From Vicugna vicugna (taxonomy: Eukaryota), in contig MU058687.1 of NCBI GenBank assembly GCA_013265495.1, positions 1 to 64,000 on the forward strand: a stretch of DNA of 64,000 nucleotides, read 5' to 3'. The first letter of the stretch is position 1. Every line of letters begins with the position of its first letter. This document shows, one piece after another, positions 24,184 through 38,200 of this stretch. The position numbers were made by a program, and so were the translations under genes. Below the pieces are notes generated by a model, which was not told where the DNA came from, did not search any database, and saw only the letters and a list, made by a program, of their open reading frames with translations.

Positions 24184-26819
24184 AGATCACCAATAATTTC
24201 CATTTTGGTAAATCAAATGGGCACTGATCCTCTCTTCTCTCTTGGTTTCCATGATATGATAAATCCTGGTTTCCCCCGTCCTTCTTCACCAGACAGCTAC
24301 ATCTGGAATTCTTCTAAGCTCAGGTCCACAATTGATCTCACTCTTTCCTCATGGCTGTCAGTCCCATGTATAGAATGACAATTTTCAGCAGTGCCTCTCC
24401 TTAAACTCCAGCCTCCCATATCCCAACATTATCATTTAGATGTCTCTTGAAAATTTACAGATCTGAAACAATGATTCCCATTTTCTTTAAAAAAAAAAAA
24501 AAGTTTCCCAGTCCTCCTTTATCTCAATAAATACTAAGCCAGAAATCTGAAATAATCATTGATTCCTTTAATTCCTTTTTCTTCTTCACATCTAATTCAT
24601 GAGAAATCTTGAAAATTCTGTTATCTTAAATCCATCCACTTCTATCTCTACTTCCACCACCCTTCTAAATTGCTCTTCCTGCTTTCCTTCTTGCTCTCTT
24701 CCCCTACAATCTAATTATCAGACAGTAGCCATAATGATCTTCTTAAAATCATATTTATATTGTCCTCTGTATAAAATCCTTCAATGGTAACCCATTACAT
24801 TTAGAACAAAATCCAAATCCCCTACAGCAACCTACAAGGCACTCCATGATCTGGCCTCTTTATATCTAGTGTCACCTTAAAAACCGTTCTTCCTCAACTC
24901 ACTAGAGTTCTACTGTAATGTTTGATAATGGTAGTTAGGAAATAGGAAAACAAAATTTTCAGTGAGTGTGATACAGAACTAAACTTCATCCACTATATAC
25001 ATAAAAATATGAAATATTTTCAAGTAAATGAAAATGTCCTTTCTAGGTCTGAATTCCAAATTATGGATATAATGTAGACAACTACTTTTAAAGTAAAAGG
25101 TGCTCATTAAAAATGTTTCATCAATTTCATGTGGAATTTATCATGACTTTCAAGGTGGTTTTAAACTATCTGTCTAAACAACAATTTTTCAAAAATCCTA
25201 CTTACTCTTTCCAAAACTGTAATCCAAAGGGAGTATGAAATGAGGTGGGGAAGAAGGGAGCATTCAAGATACTTAGTATTACACCCAGCCCAAGGTTCAA
25301 AGTAATTTAATTAAACATTTCCAAAAGGAAAAGCCAAGTATTTTAGTGGTATTCTCAAAAGTCAAGAGTCATATTTTTACTGGCATTAATTTGTTCACAC
25401 TTTGTTATCCATAAGCTTTATAGAGCCTAGCTGGCTGTTGTTCATTACACTCATTCAGTAAGAAGGTATTGATTACTGAGCAGTATGACAGTATTACACA
25501 CAAAAATCACAGGATTTTTAAAGTTAACAGAGAGAAAAAAAAATCAAGATAATTTTAAAGAATAACAAAGTGGAAGAATGAGGCTTCACCATACCAGATA
25601 TCTGAATTTATTACAAAGTGACAGTAAGTAAAGGCAGTGTAGTACTGGCTCAGGGACAGGCAAATAGAGCATAAGAACAGGTGTATGTGCATGCAGAATA
25701 TGACATGTAACTTAAGATCTTCACTGTAGATCAGTGAGGGATGGATGCTACTCAGTAAGTGATGTTGGTACTACTTATTTTCTACATGAAAAAAATTGAA
25801 TTATATTCATTGTATTAGTCAGTATAAGTTTCAGAATAATTTAAATATTTCAGCATCAAAAAAAACTTAAAAGATCATCTAATCCAATGCCTTCACTTTG
25901 TTAAAAAAGAAACAAAGACCCAGAGAAACTAAAACATTTAGCCAAATTATAGTGTGACAGCACAGAAAATAAACCCGTATCTCATGATTTATTCATTCAA
26001 GAATTTACATTCTCTCATTTAATATACACAAAACACTTCCCATCCACCCCAACTTCTTTATTTTACCCATAATATCAACAATGACACCAAATTAGAAGTG
26101 GAGGAAGCCACAAAAGATGTGGTGAAGGAAAAAGCCAATACTTCTTTTATTTTCTTCCATCTCCAAACCTTCTTTCAAGGAAATTGGCCAAAAAATATAG
26201 CCCTCTCCTCAAAGATTAATCTTGTCTAAGCCCAAACTAGTGACAGAGTTTCACGGTTTCAATATGCAGTGGATTCAGAAAGAAAGAAAAGAATTCTAAG
26301 AACTGCAATTCCTGTGTCAACACATCATAAGTATATATGAATATCAAGTATTTAGTGCTGTTATTAGGTTCAACATTTTTCAGGCACAAGTTCCATCAAC
26401 CTCCTATCTCACTCAGTTTGTTTCCAGATGATGTTAAACATTTACATTTAGAGATTTTTACAAAGACCAGTTAAACAAACACTGCTGAAGACTGTCTGAA
26501 AATAGCTGCTCCAATTCCAAGACTCAATTAAGGTATAAAGAGAAATGACATTTTCTCTAGGAAAGCACTCAATCTCAGGTTACCAGGGTTGTCCTCCATC
26601 TGTTAATTCAGATAAAACTTCCCTTCCATAAATCACCACTCTGGGATACATGACAAGAGTGTTGATAGTGAAGAGAGAAAGGCAGGTAGAGAACTTATCT
26701 GCAAACTTAGAAATCCCAATTTAAACTCTGGCCACCAACTACCATACAATGATGTGTTGTATAAAGAACATCAAAAAAATTTTTTAAGAATGCAAAACTG
26801 ATTGTATTTGATTTAATTA

Positions 26820-27048
26820 CCTTAGCACTGAGGGGTAAGAATATGAGTTCACCACTTGCTCTATGATTTGGGGCAAATTGCTTAACCTCTGTACTTCAGA
26901 TTACTCAACTGGAAAATAAGGATAAAAGTAGTACCTACTCTCATAGGGGTTATCGTGATGATTAAATTAGTGCATGTGAAGCACTTAAGAGCAATGCCTG
27001 GAATAAGAGCATTAGGTGCTGCTAGTATTATTATTATTATTATTATTA
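26820..27048 (+). mobile_element. MIR with (TTA)n tail
   Basis: ttggggcaaattgcttaacctctgtacttcag...gtacctactctcatagggg...gattaaattag. Confidence 0.8.
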
Positions 27049-27499
27049 CCTGATACCCTTCCTAGACTATCAGTTCTCAAGTGTGACTCAAATACAGAAT
27101 AATTTTCAAGCCAGATTATGCAATTTTAATGTTTCTGGATCAATGATTCAATACGCCAAATTCAAAAAGCAGCTCTACAAAATAGTCCTGAATATTTCTT
27201 TTGAATCATTTACTTATCAGTCAAAGTTCTCACAAATATTAATCAACAGCAAATATTTACTTAACTCCAAGAAACCTGCACACCTTATCACTCTGATACG
27301 GAACTTCTGAAAAATCTTCTACTTGAAATGTTTTTTATTTTACTTTTAATTACAAATTACTCTGTGGTCTTACAATCAGATTAATAAGTCTGAACCCTGC
27401 ACTGAACCCTTTATTAAAGCATTTACTATCAACTGGCAAATTTGCCTTTGTAAAAGATTTTAACAAAAGAAAATAAGTGCTCAACACCTTTACTGGCAA

Positions 27500-27870
27500 A
27501 TTAAATGGCAGTTAAAACCATTCTAAGATACCACTTTATACCCACTAGAATGGCTAGAAGACAGAGAGACTAACAACCCAAGTGGTGGTAAAGACATGGA
27601 GCAACTGGATGTCATACACTGCTAGCAGAGAACCATTTAGCAATTGCTTATGAAGTTAAACATACATCTACCCCTATGACCCAACAATTCCACTGTAAGG
27701 TATTCAACCAAGAGAAATGAAACATATGTTAGCAAAAAGACTTGTACAAGAATGTTTACAGCAGTCTTATTCTGAACAGGCAAAACCCTGAAATAATGCA
27801 AATGTCTATCAACAGGAGAATGGAAAAACAAAGTTTAGTATATTCATAAAATGGAATAAATACTATGCCA
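27500..27870 (+). mobile_element. Old L1 ORF2 C-terminal fragment
   Basis: agataccactttatacccactagaatggct, cctatgacccaacaattccact, caaaaagacttgtacaagaatgtt. Confidence 0.75.
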
Positions 27871-28738
27871 CTTAGGAAGTTACCTGTTGTTTACAAAAAT
27901 GATTTGAATTTATTGTTCAATGAGGATGTCTTATTTTTATTTTCTTAAAATTCTGCCTCATTTTAAAACGCATTTTAAACCCCTAGTTGAAGATAATTTT
28001 TATTCTGAAATTTAACCTTATTTTTTGTTTAGTAACTTACTTGAACTTTCTTGCATTTGAATATATTTATATATTTTTTCTTATGCATTCTTGATCCATC
28101 TTCATCCTGAGTAGAGTGCTCTCTCCAGAAATTACTCATATATAAAAACAAGACTGGCTTAAAATGCCTACTGTGATGGAAACAGTGCCTTAGGGAGATA
28201 AAAACTGGACTTGAGGTAAATTAAACAGTTAACAAACTGGTTTACAGAATTTAAAAAATGCATTAAAGGCATTTTATTTAAGAGAGTGTACCACTGGTGT
28301 AATTTTCTATTGGTTATGGTTAACTTAATTTTAAAAAATGTACAAAACAAAATGAATTTCAAAAACATGTTAAGCAAAAGGTATCAGATAAAAAGAGCAC
28401 ATATGGTATTATTCCATTTGTATGAAAATCAAAAACAATCAGAAAATAGTTGCAGGGAAGAAGGGAAAACTAAATTGAAAGGGACGTTAAACAACTTTTT
28501 GCTGATCATTTATATAAATTAAGTCACAGCTCTGAATATTATCCATCCCTAGATTCCATGTAACAATTGGAGGTCACTCCAAAAAAAAGGGGGTGGGGGG
28601 GACATTTAAAGATTAATGATCATCTTTAAAATATTCCACTAGTGATCAAATAAATACAAATCTCAGAAACCAGGTACTATTTTCTCCCTATGAAATTAGT
28701 TAGTATTTTAAAATGGCAAAGGTATATATCTCAATCTT

Positions 28739-28856
28739 GGGGGAGAGTATAGCTCAGTGTTAGAGCACATGCTTAGCGTGCACGAGGTCTGGGGTTCAGT
28801 CCCCAGTACCTCCATTTAAATAAATAAATAAACCTAATTACCACTCCCCAAAAATC
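28739..28856 (+). mobile_element. Vic-1-like SINE
   Basis: ggggagagtatagctcagtgttagagc...ggttcagtccccagtacctcc. Flanks atctcaatct / atttcaatct. Confidence 0.9.
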
Positions 28857-28990
28857 AATGCATTTCAATCTCACGCATTACTAATGGAAATGTAACTTAA
28901 TACAACCTTTCTGGAGAGCAACTGTGCAATGTATGCATATTTTGGATAATTCCATTTATAGGAATTTATCCTAAGAATACAGAAATGTGG

Positions 28991-29110
28991 GGGGGAAGAC
29001 ATAGCTCAGTAGTACAGCACGTGCTTAGCATGCACAAGGTCCTGTGTTCAATCCCTAGTACCTCCATTAAATAAACAAACTTAATTAACTTCTCCCACCC
29101 CTCCCCAAAA
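28991..29110 (+). mobile_element. Vic-1-like SINE
   Basis: SINE body. TSD aagaatacagaaatgtgg / aggaatatagaaatgtgg. Confidence 0.9.
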
Positions 29111-30793
29111 AGGAATATAGAAATGTGGACAAAAATACGGGTTTAGCAATATTGACTTAAGTTTTGTTTATAATAATTAGAAATTAATAATCTAAATGTG
29201 AACACTATGGAAACTGGTTACACAAATGATAATATATCCATTATTGGTATATTCCTCAGCTGTTTTAAACTGTTTCCAAATAATTGTAAAGATATTAAAA
29301 TGTATGTTAATAAAAGCAGGTTTTAAAATCATGTATTTAGTAAAATATATATGCATGAGGAAAAATTACAGACAATAAATGTTGATATCATTATAAAATA
29401 GTAATTAGGGGTCAACATCATAGAAACTAGGATTATATTTCACAAGTGTCTGGGCTTCATTGTGAGAACACAAGTAGATACCCCTAACTAATTACGCCTA
29501 CTGGAGGGGAAAAAAAAAGACCAAAAGAATAAGAACATTCATTAAAGGAACACACCATTAGTATTCTTTCGGTTATGAACTGCCAACTTATCAAATGAAG
29601 TCAAAGTCCTTTGGGATATGCTAACAAATCTAAAATAAGAAAAAGTTACAGAATTCAGTACAATGCAAATATATACCAGTCATGTTTAATTTGAGCTAGA
29701 GAAAATAATTAGATGATTTAGTAATTTTCCACAGGACTGAGCTCAGTTCTTTTACAAAGCAACAAAAGGGAAAGGCACAGCAAGAAGTCAAGCCAGCAAC
29801 CTGATTTCCCAGGAAATTAGTTCTTACTTGGCGAAGTACTGGCCTCATATTCTAAAGAAACAGAACTCTACAAATAGAGATGAGACACATAAAATCCAAA
29901 TACTCTGTAAAAGAGGTATACTTTTCCCTTTGCTTATTATAAGACCTCCAAAAGAGAATCATTAATGTCTATTATGACATAGGAAAAAAGTCAAAAGCCC
30001 AGTTTAGGGTTAACTGTTCAATAAAGAATAAGTTACAAAATGATAAGTAAATCTCACAAGTTGTTAAATAATTGTATTTTTACTTTATTAACTTTTAAAT
30101 AAAAAGAAAAATATCATGCTATTTCAATCTTCAACTAGGATCATGTAGAAAAGAAAACTTTGATATTATTGATAGTAATTCTGGATCTTAAATTTAGCAA
30201 GGTTAATAAAAATACTTATAATTTCTCTATAATGTTTTCAGTCATCATTACAGAACATTTTCTTGAATTTCCAATTTAAAAAATAATGCCTTAGTTTGTG
30301 ATCTTCCTTCAGAAAAAGGACATGTGTTAATAATCCAAAAAGTCTTCTTAAGATAAAAAGGTAATAAGGTAGGTGAGTTTAAAAAGGAAAAGGGGAGAGA
30401 AGAGGGGCAAGGAGAGATACGACAGAATTTTTTTTTCCTTTAAGTCACATATTCAAAAAGCTGACCCTCATTTCCATTAAATGGTCCAGCACTGAAGCTT
30501 CTGTAAAACTATGGACACAAGGCTTCCCAGTAGGCAGAAAAATGGCAGCTGTACTTCATTTAATAGTCAAGTTTCAAGTAATGTAAAGATGAAATTAGAC
30601 AACTGTATATTTATATCAGTGGGTTCATTTATAACCCTTTCTTGCAATTCGTAATTGCTTCCCTCAGCACCATGACCCCAACTGTGACACTAGACCCAAA
30701 AGCCAACAAATTGCCACTTCGAAGAAATAGTAACAAAGCAGAGAATTTCATTAAACTTGCCTAAGAAGCCAATAAACAAAAAGTAATGGTCTC

Positions 30794-30940
30794 GGGGAGA
30801 GGGTATAGTTCAGTGGTAGAGTGCATGCTTAGCATGCATGAAGCCCTAGGTTCAATTCTCCAGTACCACCATTAAAAAATAAACAAATAACCTAATTACC
30901 TCCCCCCCAAAAAATAAATAAATAAAAATTGAAAAAAAAA
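30794..30940 (+). mobile_element. Vic-1-like SINE inserted in an old L1
   Basis: SINE body. TSD core gtaatggtctc on both sides. Confidence 0.9.
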
Positions 30941-30944
30941 ATAC

Positions 30945-32120
30945 GTAATGGTCTCAATAAACGGTGGAGACAACTGGATAACCACATGTAAAGAATTAAG
31001 TTGGGCCCCTTAGCCGCACCATACACAAAAATTAACCCAAAATGGATAATAAAACTGACCGTTAAGTGCTAAAAGTATAAACTCTTAGAAGAAAACATAG
31101 GCATAAATAGTCATGACCATGGATCAGACAATTATTTCATAGATACCATACCAAAAGTACAAACATACTGCTTTATCAAAATAAAGTTTTGTGCTTCAAA
31201 GGACACCATTAAGAGAGTGAAAATACAAGCCACATATTGGGAGAAAATATTTGCAAATCTTATCTCTGATAAGGGATATATATTCAGAATAAATAGATTT
31301 TTAAAAAACTCATAACTTAAAAAAAAACCCATTTTTTAAATGGGTAAGAGATTCAAATAGGTATTTCTCCAAAAATATACAGATGGTCAATAAACCCATG
31401 GAAAAATTCTCAACATCAACAGCCATCAGGAAAATGCAAAACAAAACCACAATGAATTATCACTTCTCATCCACAAGCATGACTTAATCAAAAAACAGAT
31501 ATTAACACATGTTGGTGAGGATGTGGAGAAGTTAGAATGCTCATTCCCATTGCTGATGGGAATATAAAATGGTATCGCTGCTTTGGAAACTGAGTTACCA
31601 ATGGCCCAGCAATTCCACTACTAGATATACACCCAAGAGAAATGAAAACATGTATCTGTGCAAAAATGAAAAAGAATGTTCACAGCTTTATTTGAATAGC
31701 CAAAAACTGGAAACAACCCCATGTTAGCATTATAGATTTAAATAACTGTGATATATCATATATTGGAACAGTACTCAGCAATAAAAAGGAACAAATTACT
31801 GATATACAAAATAATATGGATGAACCTTAAGCTATTTAGACAGAATGAAAGACACGAGACTTCCCTCTCAAGAGTAAACATCATACAATTCTCTTTATAT
31901 AGAATTCTAGAAAATGCAAACTATAATGACAGCAGTTTGTTACCAGTGGGAGTGGAAAATGAGAGATGGATTACCAGGGGGCACAAGGAAATTTTTAGAG
32001 TGGTAAGTAACATTCCTTATCTTGATTGTGGTATATATAGAGATTTTTAAAACTCAGTCAAACTGTATACTTTAAATATGTGCAATTTCATTATGTATCA
32101 GTTATACCTGAATAAAATTG
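30945..32120 (+). mobile_element. Old L1 ORF2 end and 3'UTR
   Basis: ccatacacaaaaattaacccaaaatggat, cttagaagaaaacataggc, gggagaaaatatttgcaaatc; ends cctgaataaaa. Confidence 0.85.
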
Positions 32121-33450
32121 TCCCCAACAATGCATATGCTATGCTGTGGGAACAGAAGTATACTAGGGTTTCAGAATTGGCACATTTGGGTAAGAAAAGG
32201 GTAGAAAAAGTAAGGTGAGAGCTTTTAAGTATGATGAACCTTTCTAAAAGTCAAAATATTAACTGATCCCTACATGGTAATAACTGAATTTTCAGCATCC
32301 ACTGATGGAACAAATAGTGAAAACAGCCAAAGCCACAATAAATTCAGTCTAAATAAAGATTAAAAATTCATCTCAACATTTATTTGAAAATATATATTCT
32401 TCAAATATGTAAGTATATGTGTATGTATGTACAACAGTAATCAATTCTAAATATATATATAACTATATAGGCATATATATATTTAGAACTTATTACCTTT
32501 GTCTACAGATAATACTTGATGAGCAAATGGATTTGAGAATGCTTTACTAATTGCAGAAAATATCCACCCCAAATCAAAACAGTTGCAGGTAACAGATTAA
32601 GAACTGCTAATTGGGATATTCAATGCCAAGGAGATTCAACACTTAAATATTAAATAAAGTAGAGTCAAGTCTAGCGAAAAATTTATCTAAGAGGTTCCAT
32701 AGCTACACTACATAATCCAAAAGAATTTAGGGATTAGTTAAAACAACACTAATCTGAGTGTAAACAATTAAGAATTAACTGTGACTGAAAAGCAAAAAAA
32801 CACAGCTGAACTAAAGATTCAAGTTTTTCCACAAACTGGACTAAACATAACACAACAGGGTCAAGAAGAATTCAAGATTGCTTTGAATGTCTAAATGAAG
32901 CTTCGGTTTCATAGTTCACTAAGACTCTTTTACAGTTCATGCAAAAAACACAGAAAAATCTTTTGCCTCCTATCTTATTTATTCACTTTACCTCCTATTT
33001 GCAATTCTGGATCCTTACAACAGTAGCTAACATTTACTAAGCATTTACTATGAGCTAAGTACTGTGATAGATGCTCTATGCGAATTATCTCATATAATTC
33101 TCAAAGCAATTTACTTTACAGATGAGAAAACTGAAGCTAAATTAACTTGCCTAAGGAAGTAGAATTAGATCTGAACTCAGGCAATTGAAGTTCATTTAGG
33201 TGATGTCATAAACTCAGCCTCCAATCAAGGTCTTCCCACCATTCATTTGGTACATTTATGTATGTCAGAAAATACCAAAAAAGATAAACTCTACTTCAAA
33301 CAATTTACAGCTTTATGAAGAGATTAAATCTAACATCGTAAGATGTTTTTTAAAAATCTTCAACAATATGATAAAATACCAAACTGCATGGTTTCTAAAA
33401 TTAAGCTATAATATAAGAGAAAGATATCATTAAGAAATAAACAGCTTTTG

Positions 33451-34431
33451 GGACCTAATGAAACTAACAAGCTTCTGCACAGCAAAGGAAACCAGAAGTA
33501 AAACAAGAAGACAACCTATGGAATGGGAGAAAATTTTTGCAAATGAAACCGACAAAGGATTGATCTCCAGAATATATAAGCAGCTAATACAACTCAATAA
33601 GAAAAAAATAAACAACCCAATCCAAAAATGGACAGAAGACCTAAACAAGCAATTCTCCAAGGAAGACATACAAATGATCAAAAGGCACATGAAAAAATGC
33701 TCAACATCACTAATTATCAGAGAAATGCAAATCAAAACTACAATGAGGTATCACCTCACACCAGTCAGAATGGCCGTCATTCAAAAATCCACAAATGACA
33801 AATGCTGGAGAGGCAGTGGAGAAAGAGGAACCCTCCTACACTGCTGGTGGGAATGCAGTTTGGTGCAGCCACTATGGAAAACAGTGTGGAGATTCTTCAA
33901 AAGACTAGGAACAGACTTACCATATGACCCAGGAATCCCACTCCTGGGCTTGTATCCAGAAGGAAATCTACTTCAGGATGACACCTACACCCCAATGTTC
34001 ATAGCAGCACTATTTACAATAGCCAAAACATGGAAACAGCCTAAATGTCCATCAACAGGTGACTGGATAAAGAAGAGGTGGTATATTTATACAATGGAAT
34101 ACTACTCAGCCATAAAAACCGACAACATAAAAAAAACAAAGTGTAAATACAGGACAGAAATAGACTCATAGACAGAGAATACAGACTTGTGGTTGCCAGG
34201 GGGGTAGAGGGTGGGAAGGGATAGACTGGGATTTCAAAATTGTAGATAGATAAACAAGATTACACTGTATAGCACAGGGAAATATACACAAAATGTTATG
34301 ATAACTCACAGAGAAAAAAATGTGACAATGAGTGTGTATATGTCCATAAATGACTGAAAAATTGTGCTGAACACTGGAATTTGACATAACATTGTAAAAT
34401 GATTATAAATCAATAAAAAATGTTAAAAAAA
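33451..34431 (+). mobile_element. Young 5'-truncated L1 with an open ORF2 C-terminal frame
   Basis: ORF 33458-34171 contains L1 ORF2 C-terminal motifs ([21 protein letters not shown]...LLHCWWEC). TSD aagaaataaacagcttttg (33432-33450) / aagtaataaacagcttttg (34432-34450). Confidence 0.96.
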
Positions 34432-35079
34432 AAGTAATAAACAGCTTTTGATGAACCATGTTAATGTTAACATTTTTAGAAATGATGACCAGTCACACAA
34501 ATTAACATTTACAGTTCATTTTCTTGCCAATATTTTAAATACACTATTTAGTACCATAAATAGTGTAAGAGTAAGGAAGACTTGGCTATCATAGGAAATA
34601 TCATCTTTTCATACTACCAATAATGAATAATTTTCAAAAATAAGAATGAATCTACTCTTTAAATAATTAACCATTCAAAAATTATGTTCATTGATGAAAT
34701 TGAAAGTCCATTACAACATGAATATTATGGAAATTATACAGCTGCTTTCATCAGAGACAATTTAAGAGATAATATAGCTTTTAACAGCTTTCTGCAGATG
34801 TTAAAAGATTTTTCTTTCACCTTTGCTCAAATCCTTAACTAAGAGAGGTACAGGACTTAACTTATGAAATAAAACCTAATTCTACTTGAATAGTGAAGAG
34901 GAATGTATTAACTGCAGAGGAAGACAAACAGATCCTTTCTAACTGGCATTTAGAACTAATTTTGAATCATTTAATCTATAACATTCAACTGTTTTTTCTA
35001 GCAGTAGAGTTAACAGTTCCCACTGTTAATGAAAACTTATACATACCTGGAAGAGGATCGGGTAATATGCTAGAGATAC

Positions 35080-35290
35080 ACCTGTGCCCACATGATAAAA
35101 TATTAGCCTCATGCTTTTATTCTCAACATCATTAACGAGGATAGTATAAGCTCCACTTTATAGATGACAAAACTGAGGCTATGAGATGTTTAATAAACTG
35201 CCCAATTAGTCAAATAGTAAATGACAGAGCAAGGATTCAAAAACATGGTCATACAACTATAAAACTTGGATTTTTTCCATTCTATCATTC
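35080..35290 (-). mobile_element. MIR remnant
   Basis: ccactttatagatgacaaaactgaggct...taactgccc...gacagagcaaggattcaaa. Confidence 0.7.
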
Positions 35291-38200
35291 TTCCTCAGAA
35301 CACAAATAATGCTTTTTTCAATTTCATAAGATGGTAGTTACAAATATACTTCTATCATCATCAGGCTATTCTATGGTTCTATGAGATTCTAGGTTGAAAA
35401 AAAAAGTTTACCTTGATTAAATAATACTGGGAGCTAAAGTTCCTTACAACAAAGTTGGCTATATTAAAATAATTAAGTAAATAAACCCTCATAAATTATG
35501 CAAAGCAGCACCACATGAAAGGTACCTAACAAGTACTTGTACACAACTGACCAGCACAAAAGTACACTTTTACTTTTGTAAGACTGAAGGTAGCCAAAGT
35601 CAATCTTAAAAATAAAGATATGAATTTTGTTTTTTTCTGTGTTCTTGACTTCCCTGACTTTGCCTTTATTCAGGAGCCAAGTAGTGTTTTACTACTTTAA
35701 ATCCCTCTTCTTCACTAACTAAATTGGAAAAAATCTGATAATCATCATTTTCCCAATTAACTATATACACCTTAACATAAACAAATTACCACAGTTAAGA
35801 TTTTGCTATCTAATCAGAGAACTCAAGACTCTGATCCTGAATGTAATGTATCAGCACACAAGCAGGGAGAAAGAGTTTTGGTAGGGAGAGAAAGGAAATC
35901 ACTGAACATTAATTATTGACTTGATTAATCCACTTAAAAAGACTAGGAATCTCTTCCTATTGCCTAATTCCAGACTCCACTGGAAAGGACAAGTGGGAAG
36001 GGATTGGCCCAGTTGTAACTGCTGGGCACCTATTCCCAAGAGCTGGAGAAACAGAGACAAGTGTCCAGCATTCTAAACCCATATGATTCTTGTCCAGGCT
36101 TCCATTCTCTAGGACTAGCAATTCTCAGTCTATTTATTTGTATTCTAACATGCTTTCCTGAGTGGAAGACAAAAAAAAAGAAGAATCATAGCAAGTCGAA
36201 TGAAAAATATGTCCACGTGAGACTGCTGCAAATAGGATCATCCTCCTTTACATATGTCACTCCAGGAAAACTGCCAAGAATGGCTCACTCCTCTAGACAT
36301 ACTTCCTGTAGATGCTCCAGACTCCTTAAACACATGTCCATATTCTCCTCATTCTCCCTTAGTCTCAAACCTCCTTCTGCTCCAAGATTTCCAAGTGCAT
36401 ATTTTATATTCTCAAAAATATACAGCAATATCATTATGACATCCTATTTATAAGGACCTATGTCTCAGATCTGAACATCCTAAAGCCTAATATAGAACTT
36501 CTATCTTTAATAATGAGATTTCCAATGTTATATGATTGAATATAAATTTTCTTTACAAATTTTCTTTTATTTGCAAAAAAAAGTATATTTCTTTGCAAAT
36601 AAAAGATTTTTTTATAATGTCAAGATAAAAAAAGAGTAAAAAATTTTAATTTAAGGACTACAATATGTCCAAAAAATCATATATAAGTGTTCAGAAATGC
36701 AGAACTCAAGATACATTTCATACAAATAAAAATTTATTTATTTTTTGAAAGGAATGCATTTAATTGACATATCATAACACATAACAAATCGAGGCATCCA
36801 CATAAGGTGATAGGCCAAGGGACAAAAAGGAGTTCTTCACTCTGAATGTAGCAGACTTTATCGGAAATGGCCACCTGTGAATTTCAAAAAGTTGAAAATT
36901 CACACTAATTACACCAGTGTCCAAGCAAACATCTTGAGGAAGCTATCCTTAGTTTAGTGTACCCTTAGTTTAGTTTAGTGGAACCACAAGCAAGTGAGCA
37001 CAACAAAGGAGAATGAAATGCCAAGTCTATATAAACATGTTAGTTGAAAAATGTGAGCACAAAATTTGGAATAAAAAGAAAATATTTCAAAATATTATTA
37101 TCCCTCTTAAAGAGATGACAAAATACTAATTAGAATAATCATTCACAGTCCAGAGAGCAAAGGAAAAAATCATAATTTATTAAACACAATAGATGTATTT
37201 TAGCAAATCCAAAATAAAATGTAACTTTCCAAGTACTCTAATAAAAGATTTTTTTTAAGGTAATAAGTTTACCAAGAGACCTTTTCTGATAAAAGGAATT
37301 CTCCCAGCAAACTAAAAACCAGACACAGGGGTTTCGTACTCTTACAGAACTAGATTTTCAGGCACCAATATTTCCATTAGGATTTACCGTATGGGTAGTC
37401 AGAGAGCAAGAATCAGAGAAAGCAGATCAGAAGCTATTTATAAAAGAAAATAACACTTTACAGAAATAGAAAATAAACTTAATTAACTAGTGTTAATTGA
37501 ACTTCCATTTTTTAAATCATTTACCTGAATAACCCATGAAATGTGAAATTGAGCCTCACTAAACTGTACAGCCAGGAGCAGTTTCTTTGGGATTTAAAAA
37601 CCACCATTTATTCAACTACAGATTAACAAATCTCACTATAAAAAGGGTTGAGCAATCAGAGCTATTTGTAGATAAGATGATTAAATTATGGGTGAATAAT
37701 AAGTCAAGTGAATAAAGTCCATTTATTAAAAAGCAAGTCAGTAATCAAACTGGTTAATGTTCACAATTATGAAGGAACTTTTATATTTTTCCCACACGCG
37801 ATTATACAGATTTTACATTCCACTATCAGTTAGCAAAGAACTGAATGATCTACACAAATATGCCCACCAACAGTACAGTGACTTAGAGAACAACCACTTT
37901 GGTGGTAGGGATACTCTATTTAACTCAATATAAGGAATTCAAAAGCTTTCATCCTTGGAACTTTTTTCACAAAAAAATCAGTAAATTTGTTTTATGAAAG
38001 ACTACTTATGTTTTTCAACTCAAACATGCAATGATTACATGTTTTGTAGTCTTCCAAATAAAATTTAAAATTTTAACATAAGAATCTTAAATAAAACTAA
38101 GATTTATTTTTGAAAAAGAAAAAAATTATCTAAAATTTTTGATGCAAAGCTACTCCGTAAGTTTCTTCATAGTTTCATAAAACACTAGTGAAAAGGTTAC

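Larger units (their letters stand above)
22140..24900 (+). mobile_element. Decayed L2 split by two LTR insertions
   Basis: CT-rich L2-type sequence in three blocks (about 22140-22460, 23070-23630, 24190-24900), e.g. aaactccagcctcccatatcc, aaaatccttcaatgg...aaatccaaatcc...acaaggcactccatgatctggc. Confidence 0.6.

Noticed and set aside
23585..24289. 234-aa minus-strand ORF
   Set aside because: It runs through an old LTR and a (TA)/(CA) microsatellite (VYVCVYIYIY) and resembles no protein I recognise.
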